DNA of 64,000 nucleotides from Podarcis tiliguerta (lineage: Eukaryota): the NCBI GenBank assembly GCA_965153285.1, contig OZ229121.1; one strand, 5' to 3'. Of this stretch, positions 1 through 13,043 are shown in pieces. The notes beneath the pieces are model-generated. The model searched no databases. It worked only from the letters and a program-made list of their open reading frames with translations, and was not told where the DNA came from. A program made the translations under genes and the position numbers. Every line of letters starts with the position of its first letter. The first letter of the stretch is position 1.

Positions 1-3000
1 AATTACATGAGCTAATCTTAGAAAGGAAATAATGTTTTCCCTTTTTATTACTTATCAGCATTTTCATTGCTTTCAGGCTCTAATTTATAAGACATTTATA
101 ATTCATAAACATGATAGGCTGCCCTTTGCTAATCGCCTAACTTCCCCATCCATAATTAATGCTCAGATATGAAGTTTAATTATATTTTTAACAACTCATT
201 TAAAGGAAAAGAAGCATGATCAACAACAACAACAAAATCCAGACCTCCCACATGGGCCCAAAGTATTAAATCCCCAATGGTGGGAATAATAACACTGTAG
301 TCATAGTTTATCTTTAAAACTTTGGTATTAAACTATTTTTCATCCAATGTCTCAGTGTACTACACAGAACCATTTATCTAGCAAGGCAAAAAATGAAGCA
401 AAAGAGGAACCAAGGGAAACAACAACTCTCATGCCACCATGATGGTCAAAAATCCAAGAGGACATTGCTAAAAATACCACCTTAATGTCAAGTTAGGTCA
501 TGTAGAGAATGGATGAGTGGCTGAAGTGGAAAAGGAAGTTAGGGGTGGCAGTGTCTAACTGCCCTTCCTTTGTTCCTTCCTGGCTGTGCCATTTAGTTAG
601 CCCTGTACAACTGACTCCCCTTTGCATGCAGCTAGACCCAAGGTCTAAACTAGACCAGGGGGGGTCAACAATCCTTTCAGGCCAATGGGCGCATCTGAAC
701 TGTTGAGCAAGTTGCCTGTGCTCCACCTCCCCTCTATTCATTTATCTTTCTCCTCCCACAGATGAGACCTACCACCCAAGGGACAGAAAGGGTGAATATA
801 GCAGCTTTGCTTTTCCAAGGGATCAGGGTAAAAGGTGGGTCCACAGAATCTAGCTGAGCACTGAAAAGCACATCAAGGTGAGAGAGGAAGTGGGAAAGAG
901 CAGCACTCTTCCAGTTTCCTCCTTCAGCTCTAATGCACTCTTCAAGAGAGAGAAAAGCAACCCCGCCCCACTTCATTACCAAAGGGGCAGTGGGGGTGCT
1001 CAGGCTTTGTGGGTGCTGGTGGAAGACTTCATGGGTGCCACCCCTAGATTAGATTCTAATCACAAACCCAGTGAATGGGGTGTATGCACTGCAGGGAACA
1101 AGGAAGTGGCAAAGCTGACCTGCAGCACATTTATTTAAAAAGCAACGATGGCTCCAATAGTCATCTGTTACAGCTGGGCAACTATTGAATTTCCTCGCCC
1201 TTAATTCACAAGCCCTACATTTTAGCATCTTCCACAGCCATTTTATTTTGATTTCAGGTTTGATTTCAGGTCAGCAAGACTGACTTTCTAGGATGTGCCT
1301 TTTTTACTTTAGCTAATTATAATTAGACCTTGAGCTATATCCATGTATTTTTGCACATGCTATCACCTGCACAAAGGAAAGCCTCAGCTTGCCCCAAAGA
1401 ACACAGGGGATTTGCTGAGAACATTTTTTATGCTACTACAGTTAAATATCTGAGCAAAACTAAAGCAAGGACAAAAGTGTGCTGTGTGCTGTCCAGGGTC
1501 CTGAAGAGAAATGGTAAATGCTTAATCTGTCATATAATTGCTCCGAGCGAAGACATATCAGTTTGCAGAACTGAGAGGGTGATTTTCTGAAATCCACTGA
1601 TTTCAATAGGTCTGCACTGGGCATGACTAACAGTGGGTATCACTCACCTTAGACCATGTGAGGGTGGGACGAATCAAGTAAGCGATTCAGAACAAAGTCT
1701 ACTTTAAGGTGTTAAATTTGCTGAATGTGCAAACTAGAGCCGTGTGATCTAAGAAACTATAGATTCTTTAGTCTTTTAACAGCAAGATAAAAGGGAAAGT
1801 GTTTCACCATACTTACAATGCTGGAACTCTGCACCTTTTATCTTTCTGCTAAAAGACGAAGTAATTATGGTCACATGACATTTCATCCTAGAATCAATAG
1901 AAAGTGAGTACAGTACTTGTCTTTTCTACATAGTCCAATCTAGGTCTACTGTTGCATATTATTTTGCCCCTGAAAAGAGCTTATTGAGAAACTGGTTTCA
2001 TTCCAAAAATAAACATTAATTGCAGATTGATTCTGCATAACTCTGCAGTGTGTCCATTTGAAAACAGATGTAGGTGGTTCTGGCTGTAGGTGTGGGTGTT
2101 TGTGTATACACACCTGCCCAGTGACTTTCTATATATGTGTGTATACCAATATCACAATCACCATTTGTTTCTTCATTCACCTGGAGCATGTGCAGGGAGT
2201 AAAAGGTGTGGATAACCTAATCAAGGAGAGAGTTTTCAAGTAACTGCACCCACTCTTGCACATGGTAGGAGCTAGAACATAAAGGATTCTGGATTGCAGA
2301 AAAACTAAGTTTTTATGCTACAGACAGGTTAGTATGTATACAGCCAATGTTAGGGAGAAAGAGTTAGCTTCCCAAGGTTTTTTTTCTTTTTAAAAAATGT
2401 GACCATCAGGAACACTGGGTTTAATAGAGCTCCATATTTTGTTGGCCACAGATGGGTTTATGAGAAAAGAACTGCAATAAGCAGAGATGGTTTAATTTCT
2501 TTGCAGACTGTGGCTAGATCAATATCAAATATTGCCCGCAGAGGTTTTGAAGAATAGCACAGTAAGTCTTTTGTATGCCAACCTCCTTGGTAATCTATAG
2601 TAAAACTTTCAGCCTGAAGTTGTAACAATCCCCAACATTTTAGTAAAAAATTGTTTTAGTGTATGTCTCCATTGACTTAAGAGTATTGTATGAATTGTCA
2701 ATATTTAATCACAGGACACATGCAAGAGAAGGGGAAGGTCGTCTCTGTAGCCCCCCTTTGGGGATGATGGAATTCTGCTTTCCAAATTAATTGACCCCTC
2801 TTATGCACACTTAGCTGCTGCCTATTTTTATTAAAACAACTTAGCTTTGAGCCAGTTCAACCAGATAGAAAAACACTCTGTCTTCTGATGGAATGGTGTC
2901 AAGTCTCCACTGAGAAGCAATTCCCCTACCACAACATTTGAGCTAAATTCCTCAAACCATCCATGTATCTGAATGGCTCAATTCTTAACACTGAAAGCAG

Positions 3001-6000
3001 TCCATGCTTCTGTTAGAGAGACATGACCTGAGCAATGGTGGTTTCAGTGAATAGGGATCAGAGGCTTCTTCAGAAACAGGTGGAACTAAGGATGTGCAGT
3101 TTCAGCTCCTGTCTGTGGTTGGCAGTTCAAGGCTATAGATTGCCCAGGCCTTATACAAACACCATGGAACTGGTCTTCTGCCCTTCTGCTTGATCAACAC
3201 AACAGAGTCCTCTGCCCACTGTAGTTTAGCCTGTTGCTCAGGAGCAGCCAATTTGGTGCTCTCCAGATCTTGTGGGATTATGACTCCAACCACCCTTGAC
3301 CAATGACCACGCTGGTCAGGGTTGATGGGAATTGGCTATCCTTGCTCTAGGTCAAGCCTTGAGCAACAGGCACAATGAATCCTGAATTTCCAGGTCTGGT
3401 TTGAATATGCAATACAGCTCACAGAGATTAGAAGGCAAGAAAAAGGCACTGCTTCTGGAATCTGCTGCCCAAGGAGGCTGCTTCCATGTTCAAAAGCAAG
3501 AGTGCACAGGAGACTTTGTATCTATCTAGCTGGAAGCACAGTGCAATCTCCTCACCCCTCATATTTATAAGTTGCAGACACATTTAATGTTCCCTAATAA
3601 ATACTGAAAAACCAATGTGAAATATTCCCTTTAAGCAGTTGTGACATGCACCTCAAATCCAAATGGAGACTGAAGCACAGGAGTAGTGATCCACTCCATT
3701 TTTAGTCGTGCGTGCCATATAAATTCTATTTTGTGTGCATAGGCAAAACAAACCACTTTGGAAACCAAACTCATCATTTCATTTTCTGGCTCTCTTTTCA
3801 CAGAGATGCAGTTTCCTTACAGCCTAAATTCATATTCTCATCATGAATTTCTTCCTGCAGCACTGTATTTGATGGTCTTGAGTTCACCTTGATTTTGTCT
3901 ACAGATAATAGTATTATAGAAGGTGCAGCAGGCGGGAGTTGTGTTTTCTCTTCCCCACCTCCAGTTTGCCTGGAGCTTGAGAAATATTTATAAAATACCT
4001 TTCCATGGAAAGCTTAGACATACTGGTGTTTTTTTTATCACTGTCACACACTATCTGCTGTGTATTAACAAGATGGTTTTGGAATGACACAATCTAGGTT
4101 GTCTATTTAGAAAATACAACCGACGCAGCTGCATTCTATGAAGTGTGAAGCATTCTTAGCTCCTACTGACAAACGTGGTCAATTTGGGCATTTAAAGATA
4201 ATGTACAACCATGTCTCTTAAAATGGTGGCCTTCCTTTGGGAAGGGGGGGGGGGCAGAATAAAATCATGTTTTCAATTAGATACTCTGGGCCATCTCTGC
4301 TGCCATTTCACCCTGATTTGCCCTGGATATAATCTGAGAGAGAAAAGTGGAGCCCAGTGGTCTTGATGCATCTGTAGATGAACTAGTTCTCCTAGTATAT
4401 TCAAGTATTAGAAGTTACAAGTCCTGTGAAGGTGGAATTAAAGGGTGTTTCTATCCTCCATCGGTGTTAGTAATTTCTCTGAATCTAGTGCACAGGCAGA
4501 ACTGTTGACACCCAGCACATACTGTCATGACATCTTGGTTGGTTTATTGCAGAGGAGAGGAAATTTTGGACCCCCAGCTACCACTGGACTACAACTCCCA
4601 TCATCCCCAGTCACTGGCTATACTGGCTGAGAGTATTGGGAAAGCCGCAGTCTCCCTATCCCTGGTTTACTGTAATGTGCTCTACAGGGCCATCTTGGGA
4701 AAACATTCAGAAACTTCAGCTGACCCATAATGCTGAAATCAGTTGGTTGCCCCCCCCCCCTTCTTAAGAGCATATTATTCTTCTGTTGCAAAAAGTTTCA
4801 GATTAGTTTCCAAGCATGCTTCCAAGTGCTGCTTGTGACATTGAAAGCCCTTATTGGGCACAATTTCATGCAAACTGAAAGGGACATGCGGAAAAATTGA
4901 GAGAATGAGCAAGGTAATTCCTCAACCCATACTGTTTCTCTACAAACCCTCTCCTTAGAACAGCTGAAATGGCTATATCCTGACTTTGTGAGGTGCAATC
5001 TCACAGCGACTGTTAAGTGTGGGTGGTGGAGGGAGAACTCTTCTTCTCACTATTGAGGGTGCTTCGGTCTTTGACCACATAAAGGGTAGGCAGACACCTA
5101 CCCTGGTGGCCTGGAAGGGAGACATGCAAAGAATGAATAAAAGCTGTCCACCTCAGCCCATCATATTGAAGTTGGCATGTGTGCAGTTCAGTAAGGGTCA
5201 CACAGGAGAAGCTGAAAAATACTCTCTCTCCACCCAATATATTTCAAGACCCCAGCTCCTTCCATTGACCATGGCTTTACCACTTTCTAGGGCAGCCTCT
5301 TCCAGTCAGGAGATACCACTTACAGATGTAATGGAGGCTAATGGCCACAGCTGTCACCTGGGTGTATCAAATTCAGTGACCTGCCCTTGAAGATCTTTAT
5401 ATAAGCTCCTATTAAATCAGATCCTGGATCTATTTTTTTTCTTTGTGCTTTTGCATATTTTTGATGCACATTGTTTATTAGCATAAATACAGAATTATAT
5501 TAAGCATAAGTGCAATCTATCCATATTATGCAAACAGGATGCCAATTTTGCCATTTGACATACTGACAATCAATCTGCTGATGCCCTCTAGGTTTCAAGC
5601 ATAAGTGTTGATAAAGAGCTTTTTAAAGGCCTTTGATGAGAGCAGCACACTCTGGCAATTGATGCTTTTCCTGACACCATTTCAAAGACAGATCAACTGC
5701 AGCACAACTCTGAGGACACAGACGGAGCAGTTTGAAAAACCACTCTTGCAGCATTTACTTAAGTGCAGGTAAATCAAGTAAAATTCAGCACACTTTTCAA
5801 TAAAGCAGGCCTTTGTTTTGTATTAAATCAGTTTTTTTAAAAAGTTTGTACAGTCACAACATGATCACACTGGGGGGGGGGGCGCTTATTGTTATGATAG
5901 TGCACACAAGCATACAAAGAGAATCCAAGATACAATTTCAGTCCTCAACACTAGGGATTAGGTGGGGTTGAAGTGATGTGTGCATTTATTCTAGATGTCC

Positions 6001-6174
6001 TATATGGCAGCACGTTACTAAACAGAAGATAACGTCACTTGTGAGTATATACTGGAAAAAACACCAATTAAACACACCAAAAACCCTGCAAAAATGAATA
6101 AAAATGAACACCTAAGTCTGCTCCTCTCAATGAATGTATCAAGCTTATTTTTGTGATTTATTGAAAGGTTCTTT

Positions 6175-6175
<1 letters not shown>

Positions 6176-6206
<31 letters not shown>
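6176..6206. repeat. (CA)n microsatellite
   Basis: Directly visible CA run. Confidence 0.95.
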
Positions 6207-6208
<2 letters not shown>

Positions 6209-7234
6209 CACACACAAAATCCTCTCTTGATAAATTAATTATAGAACTACACTGTCAGAAGAGTATGGGATAAAATATGGGAGAAAATAGCTGCATTAAT
6301 TATGCAACCAGAAAGTTGCACAGCTTCTCCCTTTAAAAAAATAAATCTTGATATTTCAATATACCCTAAAGGTCAAGTGCAGGTTGGAAGAGCTTAAAAA
6401 CTGATGCACACTTTTGAAACAGCTTTCAGAACTTGGGAGCACTGACCACTTTGTGATTGTTGATGTAACAGGTAAATGCGGTTAGCCACTGGGGTGAAGG
6501 AGACTCATGTTCCAGAAAGGAAGAAACATGAAATCTTGTAACTCTCTTCCAATTGCTTAAACTTGGTTAAGTGGGCATGACAGCTGCAGCTGTTCCTGAA
6601 CTGGAATAAGCTGACCACAGCAGTCCAGATATTGGTAATTACAAAATTGAATTACTGCAGGGCACTCTATGTGGACCTCCCTGTGCGGTTGGTGCAGAAA
6701 GTTCAGTTGGTGCAGAATGCTATGGCATGACAGCAGACAGGCATGAGATCCTAGCAGCTTGTTTGTATTTGTTTGACTCACACCCTACACCTTCCACCAA
6801 AGTTGTCCAGGGCAGAATATTATACTCTCTGCACTAGCTGCTGATTTCTTACTGAGCCACATTCAAGGTTTTAACCATCCTTCTTGAAATAAATGTCTTG
6901 TTGCATATGTGCCTACTTGACTGCTTTGATCTGCAAAACCTGAACTTCTGCAAGTGCCAGATAATGCTTTTTTAGGAGTCAATATTTCAGTGTGGCAGCA
7001 CCTATACTATAGAACTCCCTGGCAATTAACATTAGGAAAGTGCCCTCACTATACTGTTTTAGATACTTGCAGAAACTTTTCTTTTTAGTTCAGCAAGCCT
7101 ACCCACAGCCATAATTTAGTAATGTTCTATTTTCTGATTTCCTCCCCCCGCCCCCGTGTATTATTGATAATTTTTATAGCTTTATGTACACTGATTATAC
7201 ATGTTTATTAAAAAAAAGCAGCATTAGTAACAAT

Positions 7235-7620
7235 TTCCAGTGGGATAGCCAATTTTGTGGCAGCAAAATTCACCAAGGTGCTTAAGGACCTTTAAAGTCT
7301 AACAAATGTTAGAGCCAGAGAAAAATCTATGTAATATAATTACAGTGTTCATTCAAAAAAAACCACTGGTGATAGTAACACAAACCACCCAGCATTGGTG
7401 AACTTTATCTTATAGTTCAGCAGTTTCATGCTGAAGTCTCCCTCTGAAGGTCTTCTGTTCAAGAATGATCACTTCAACATCAGTAACAGTGTCCTATGTG
7501 CTTGAAATATTCTCCCACTGTTTCTGAACCTGTGGTAAACTTATTATTACTGCTTATTTCCAAAATATGCTTCTATGCCTGATGTAAATTGCTGCATTGT
7601 GAGTCTCTGTCTGGCAGCAT
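7235..7620 (-). mobile_element. Degenerate Penelope-like element fragment (C-terminal endonuclease region and terminal repeat)
   Basis: Minus strand reads approximately PVGEYF...VIILEQKTFRGRLQHETAEL, like the squamate Penelope GIY-YIG C-terminus; flank 'gggatagcc...accttta aagtctaacaaat' resembles the Penelope terminal repeat. Confidence 0.6.
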
Positions 7621-9120
7621 TTGGAAGTCACGGCTTTCATCTAATAAATATTAGGGAACGCTTAGCTTGAATAGAAGGGTAACTAACAGATTCACAGTGC
7701 AGTCCTAAGCGTAAGTCCCATTCAGTTCAATAGGACTTATCCCCAAACTACACCCTTATGCTTGGATCCAAGATCCCACTAAGTAAATAGAAGATTTTTC
7801 CACTCATATGCGACAGGTGTACATGTGTCATTTTCCCCTACCTGCAGTCCTGTGCTGACAGTTCCCTCAACTCTTATTTGGAGACAAACAGAGAAGGAAG
7901 CCTGCAAACCCCCAGCTTATGTCTGACTCCCCATTTCCACAGCAGGATATTTGGAGCCAAGCCTCAGTTTTTTACTCTATATATTATGTGTGTTTTTTAA
8001 GGCAATTTGTTCTGTTTTCCAACTGATAACAGACATTAAAGGCCTGAATCCAGGAAACTGACACATATGCAGCTGGTTTGGGTAATGTGTGCAGGAAAAA
8101 AATGTTACGGAAACAGTAAACACAGTTATGGTTGCTCTTCTATTTTGAAGCCTGGCATGCTTGCTTCTTGTGGGTGAGTGATATAGTGGGGAGTGTGCTG
8201 TCTCCCCAAACTGGATGCCTCCCATCTCCAAAGAAAGCTTCCATTTATAAATTTCTGGAACGACCCTTTTTTCGTGCAGCCCCTCATCTCCCAATCTATT
8301 TAACAGCTTCTTCCCCCACACATTTTTTTTTCCAGATGGCAGGCATTAAATATTTCCTAACCAAGCAAGGGAGAGGAGGGAGTGATGGAGAAAGAAATTG
8401 GAACCAATTCCATGCTACTCATTAGTGCCTTGGATGCTGGATGCATGAGATATGCCCTGTGGTTCCTCATTTCCTTCCTAGCAATCTGAACGAGCATGAA
8501 AATCAGACTGGAAAAGGACCAAAAAGAATGGGCTGCAGAATAATTCTGCTTGCAGATATATGTGCTTCAGACCTAACTGAACTCATTAAACTTGATGCTT
8601 ATATAACTGTGTGAAGGGCTGAAACCTAAGCTTCAATAAAATTCAAAATTCCCAGACTGGCTTTATATCAAAGGTCCATCCAGCCAGAATTCTGTCTGTA
8701 ATAAGTGTCCAGTCAGATACCACAGAGAAAACTCACAAGCAGTTTGGGAGGCAACATTATTGTTTGCAGTGATTTCACAATAATTAAGAGTTAAACTTCT
8801 GCTAAATATGGATCCATAACTAAGATGGCCAATGACTACTGACATATACACTTGTTCTCCTTCCACCATCCCACCCATTAGCCTAATCTTCTTCTTTTGT
8901 CAATTATGCTAACCACCATTGCAAGCCTCCTGTGGATATAAAAATATAAGTATTTGAAAGAGGATGCATGTTTAAGGAGTTGCATGCAGATATCTGATGT
9001 GAACTCTTGGGGAAAGAGCTGCTCTGTCCAAGTGAAGACTTTCAAGTTCCTTTTAAGAGGAATATCTTCATATCTCTCGCACTCCCTCCCCCCAAAAACC
9101 TCATTATTATTGGGAAAAGG

Positions 9121-9122
<2 letters not shown>

Positions 9123-9166
<44 letters not shown>
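9123..9166. repeat. (GT)n microsatellite
   Basis: Directly visible. Confidence 0.95.
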
Positions 9167-9168
<2 letters not shown>

Positions 9169-9205
9169 CTATATATATCCATCTTCCATGGATGGCCCTC
9201 TAGAT

Positions 9206-9341
9206 CAGGCTTCCTCAAACTCGGCGCTCCAGATGTTTTGAGACTATAATTCCCATCATACCTGACTACTGGTCCTCCTAGCTAGGGATCATGGGAGTTG
9301 TAGCCCAAAATCATCTGGAGGGCCAAATCTGAGGAAGTCTG
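9206..9341. mobile_element. URR1-like hAT MITE
   Basis: TIRs caggcttcctca / tgaggaagtctg; palindromic body (ctccagatg...gactataattcccat / atgggagttgtag...catctggag); 8-bp TSD ctctagat / ctctaggt. Confidence 0.85.
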
Positions 9342-9358
9342 CTCTAGGTATTATTGGT

Positions 9359-9409
9359 GATCGGCAAGTCCTAGGCGCTGAGGTTTTACCACAGCGCCAC
9401 CTGCGTCCC
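9359..9409 (-). mobile_element. Sauria SINE 5' head fragment
   Basis: Near-identical to 26707-26758 (gatcggcaagtcctagg...cacagcgccacc.gcgtccc). Confidence 0.8.
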
Positions 9410-9619
9410 TATTTATCTCTAGCTAAAAAGAGGAGCTGTGAAATGGGAACATTTTTATCAGGGAAATGTGAATCGCTCCACTGAGAAATCAGACAAGCTA
9501 CCCCCACTCTAGGTGGACAGCAGACCTTGAAAGTTCCGTTTCAGCTCTACAGAGATGGAAGGGGAATTTTAAAGCATCTTGTCAACTTCATCACTATAAC
9601 GAAAGATCATGGTATAGCC

Positions 9620-9848
9620 AGCATGGAGCAGGAGACTCGTAATCTGGTGAACCGGGTTCACTTCCCCGCTCCTCCACATGCAGCTGCTGTGTGACCTTGG
9701 GCCAATCACACTTGTCTGAAGTCTCTCAGCCCCACTCACCTCACAGAGTGTTTGTTGTGGGGGAGGAAGGGAAAGGAGAATGTTAGCCGCTTTGAGACTC
9801 TTTCGGGTAGTGATAAAGCGGGATATCAAATCCAAACTCTTCTTCATC
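9620..9848 (+). mobile_element. tRNA-derived CORE-type SINE with L2-like tail (Squam3-like)
   Basis: B-box-like 'gggttcacttcc', CORE motif 'gtgaccttgggccaatcac', tail 'gccgctttgagactc...aaagcgggatat' plus short (tct)n. Confidence 0.7.
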
Positions 9849-10772
9849 ATAGGTAGGCTGTGGCCAGAAGAATGAATATGAAAAGCTGGAGACTACTTGC
9901 CGGGAGCAGTTTTATAGAGCATTAATGTTGTCTGTCTACAGCCACCCATCTTCCCTTACCCAATATATCCAATGGTGTCCCACTCCAGGAAGCCGAAAGC
10001 ATGCAAGACAATCAATACAAACTGCTTTTTAACTAAGTATTTCCTACACTAGGTAACTTTGGGAGGTTGTAGATTACAATTATGGTTTCCCCCAGCTTTC
10101 TGACCATCTCAGGCATCCAACTCCAACCAGCTGTCCAACCCCCAATCACCAGATGACAGCCTTTTTTTCTCATGCTAACAGATGGCATAGCTTCCTTACC
10201 TTGTTTGTTAGAGGAATTATGAGCACCAAAAACCTCCTTCCCCAAGGCGTTGCTATACATGCTCAGAGGTACTGCTAATTGCTGGACCCATTTGAGGGTG
10301 TGTGTTTTTAAAAAAATTATTTTATGTGTTTTATTATTCAGTCACAATTACTCTGCCTTTTAATCTTTAGTGAGTGTGAATCCAAGGCATTTAATACTAG
10401 ACTATCTTAGTGTGACAACTACATTGGAAGCCACATATGGCAACCTGACAAGGCTGGGAACTCTTGGGAAACACATTTTTCAAATTACATCGGGTATAAC
10501 TAAACAGAACATTAAAGCCACACAGACATTGGCTACACTTTCACTACTTATCTCTCCTAGTGACAACTTGGTACACAAAGACTTTGATTTTAAACATTTC
10601 TAGCTGCCACCAAGAGGGAAATTGCAAAATTTTGGAAGGATGCCGAAGGGCTGACAATTTGGGAATGGCCTGAAAGAATATGGCACATAGCTTAGGCAGA
10701 AAAGCTTGCACACATACAACAACAAGAAAAGTCTGAGGGAGTAAGATTTATTCATATCAATGTGGTACTATA

Positions 10773-10807
10773 CAGTGGTACTTCAGGTTACAAACACCTC
10801 GGGTTAG
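10773..10807 (+). mobile_element. Truncated Tigger/pogo-like MITE left end
   Basis: TA|cagtggtacttcaggttaca, the same terminus as 27965 and 56366. Confidence 0.6.
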
Positions 10808-10808
10808 A

Positions 10809-11233
10809 GTGGGGTAGCTTGTGGCATTCTGAATACCAGACTGATATTTTTAAAATGCATTCTCCCTCTGCCTGCCCAGCCCCCAAATATTTATAAATCA
10901 CAGGAGTTTCAGGTAGCCACTGTCATCTTTAAAAATGGTCTGAGTGACCAATGCCATGTAGGACCGAAGGAACTAAGCAGCCTTCTATATTTTGGGCAAA
11001 TCCTGCTTGTTATTTTATCTTCTTCTGCCTGTTTTACTCAGAGGCAAAACAAAAGCTGGTGGCCTTGCAGAGAAGACAACTTCTCCTTCCCATGATCACC
11101 CTTGTACATCCTTAATTCTGATATTATAGTTTCGACTGATTTTTATCCTTACTGTGCAGAGTTGCACAGTTACACTAGGTTAAAGATGACCACAATTTAG
11201 CGGTATATGAATTGTTGAGATTAAATAACTGTA
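10809..11233 (+). repeat. Dispersed direct repeat, copy 1 (copy 2 at 36218-36624)
   Basis: Collinear high-identity match from gtggggtagc...ggcattctgaat to ...gattaaataactgta. Confidence 0.9.
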
Positions 11234-12578
11234 CATATGTACATATGAACCTATCATGAAGATGCTTAACCAGACAATGGAACAATCCCTATTCTGGCAA
11301 ACCACACATGTGTCCTATCAATGCATGAGCAGCACTGTCTAATCCCACCCGCTGGCATCACACATTCTTGATTAGCTCAACCCCCTGCCATCTGCATGCA
11401 TGCCACAGACATCTGCAGGAAGGGAATCAATGAGTGTGTACCTGTATGCACAAATATTCCTGCAGGTATTAATGTTGTACAGGCAATTCTCAACTTACAC
11501 ACATCCCAGGGATAGCACACATACTCAAAACACACTCTCTCCCTGTACCTTCAAAAGGTCTTCCATGGGTTGTGCAGCTGCCCCCTGAATGCTTGTGCCC
11601 TTGTATTTTTTTGCCAGACACCTAAAGTTGAATTCAAGCAAGTTAAAAATGGCTAAATTGCAAGCTGACTGTATATGTGACCGCCGGGGCAGAGGCAGTC
11701 AGTGCAGTTTGGCCTGCCCAAGGCTACAGGCAGGCTGCCACATTAGTGGCCCCGGAATGATGAAGAAATCAGGAAAGGAGAAGTTTAACCAATTTGTGCT
11801 AGGTTGTTTTATTTTGGGGTGGGAGTGGGGTTAGTCTAATTTGTAGCACAATTCAGCAACAACTAGCAGCACTTAAAACCTTTGAAATTAAATATCACTT
11901 ATGATACTGTAGCATATATACAAACTTTAATTTGCACATTTCCTTTATAAATGTAGTGTGTGCATGGCAACAAAAAAGCAGGCTCTTAATAATTAAACAT
12001 CTCTATGTTATTTTTCTTATATTGTCTTAACAGCCTGTTTTTCATAACCTATCACTGAATTACAAAAAATTAAATATTCAAAACTGAGATACGAGAATGT
12101 GAGGTCAACAAAGAGGTCTTCTACAATGTCTAATAATGATTGTGTGTCCATGTAATTATGCTTAATATCCCTTAGGTTCCTTTGTTTTGCATGATCAAAT
12201 ATTCATTTGAAAAGATAAGCACTCAAAAAACAACAAAAGCAGACTCTTTGTGGGCATCATAATGGGCTTTCTAAATGCCAAAGAACTACTATATATTTTT
12301 ATGCATTAGGAATGTTTGTTTTGTATAATTAAACATTTTATTTTTAAAAAAGCTAAGAAACAGAAATAAAAAATATGATATTTAGTAGGGCTAAAAGCCC
12401 CCTTCCCATAAATAAAACATGACTGCATATTTATGCGTCCTTTTAAAAATTGTTCCATAACAGTTAATGACAACCATTGTACAAAGTTTGGTACATCGGT
12501 GCTTGATTACAAGAAATATACTTTCTTAAAACATTAAAAAAAAAATAATTGTCCTCCCTCCAGACAAATTAACAATTA

Positions 12579-12789
12579 CAGTGGTACCTTGGTTCTCGAA
12601 CTTAATATTGTTCCGGGAGTCCATTCGACTCCCAAAACCATTAGAAAACCAAGGCGTGGCTTCCGATTGTCTGCAGGAGCTTCCTGCAGTCAAGCAGAAG
12701 ATGTGTTGGATGTTCGGCATCCGAAAAACATTCGCAAACCGGAACACTTAGTTTGGTAACTAAATTGTTTGAGAACCAAGGTATGGCTG
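12579..12789. mobile_element. Tigger/pogo-like MITE
   Basis: TA|cagtggtaccttggttctcgaac ... gtttgagaaccaaggtatggctg|TA. Confidence 0.8.
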
Positions 12790-13043
12790 TACTGGTGTCA
12801 TAAGGCTCATCAATGAGTGCTGACATACTGGAACGCTTGTTAACAAAAACTATAATATAATCATGAAATGCTATTAAGCAACTATATTTTCCTGACCTGT
12901 TCCTGGAACAGAAGCAACTTTTATGCAGGAGGTAGTAGGGCAATCTGGATTATACCACACCACTCCATTATCAGCTGCACAGACTTTCATGCTGTGTACA
13001 CCCCATGCAGTTATGGCACATTTCCCCCACACCAAAAGAACTA

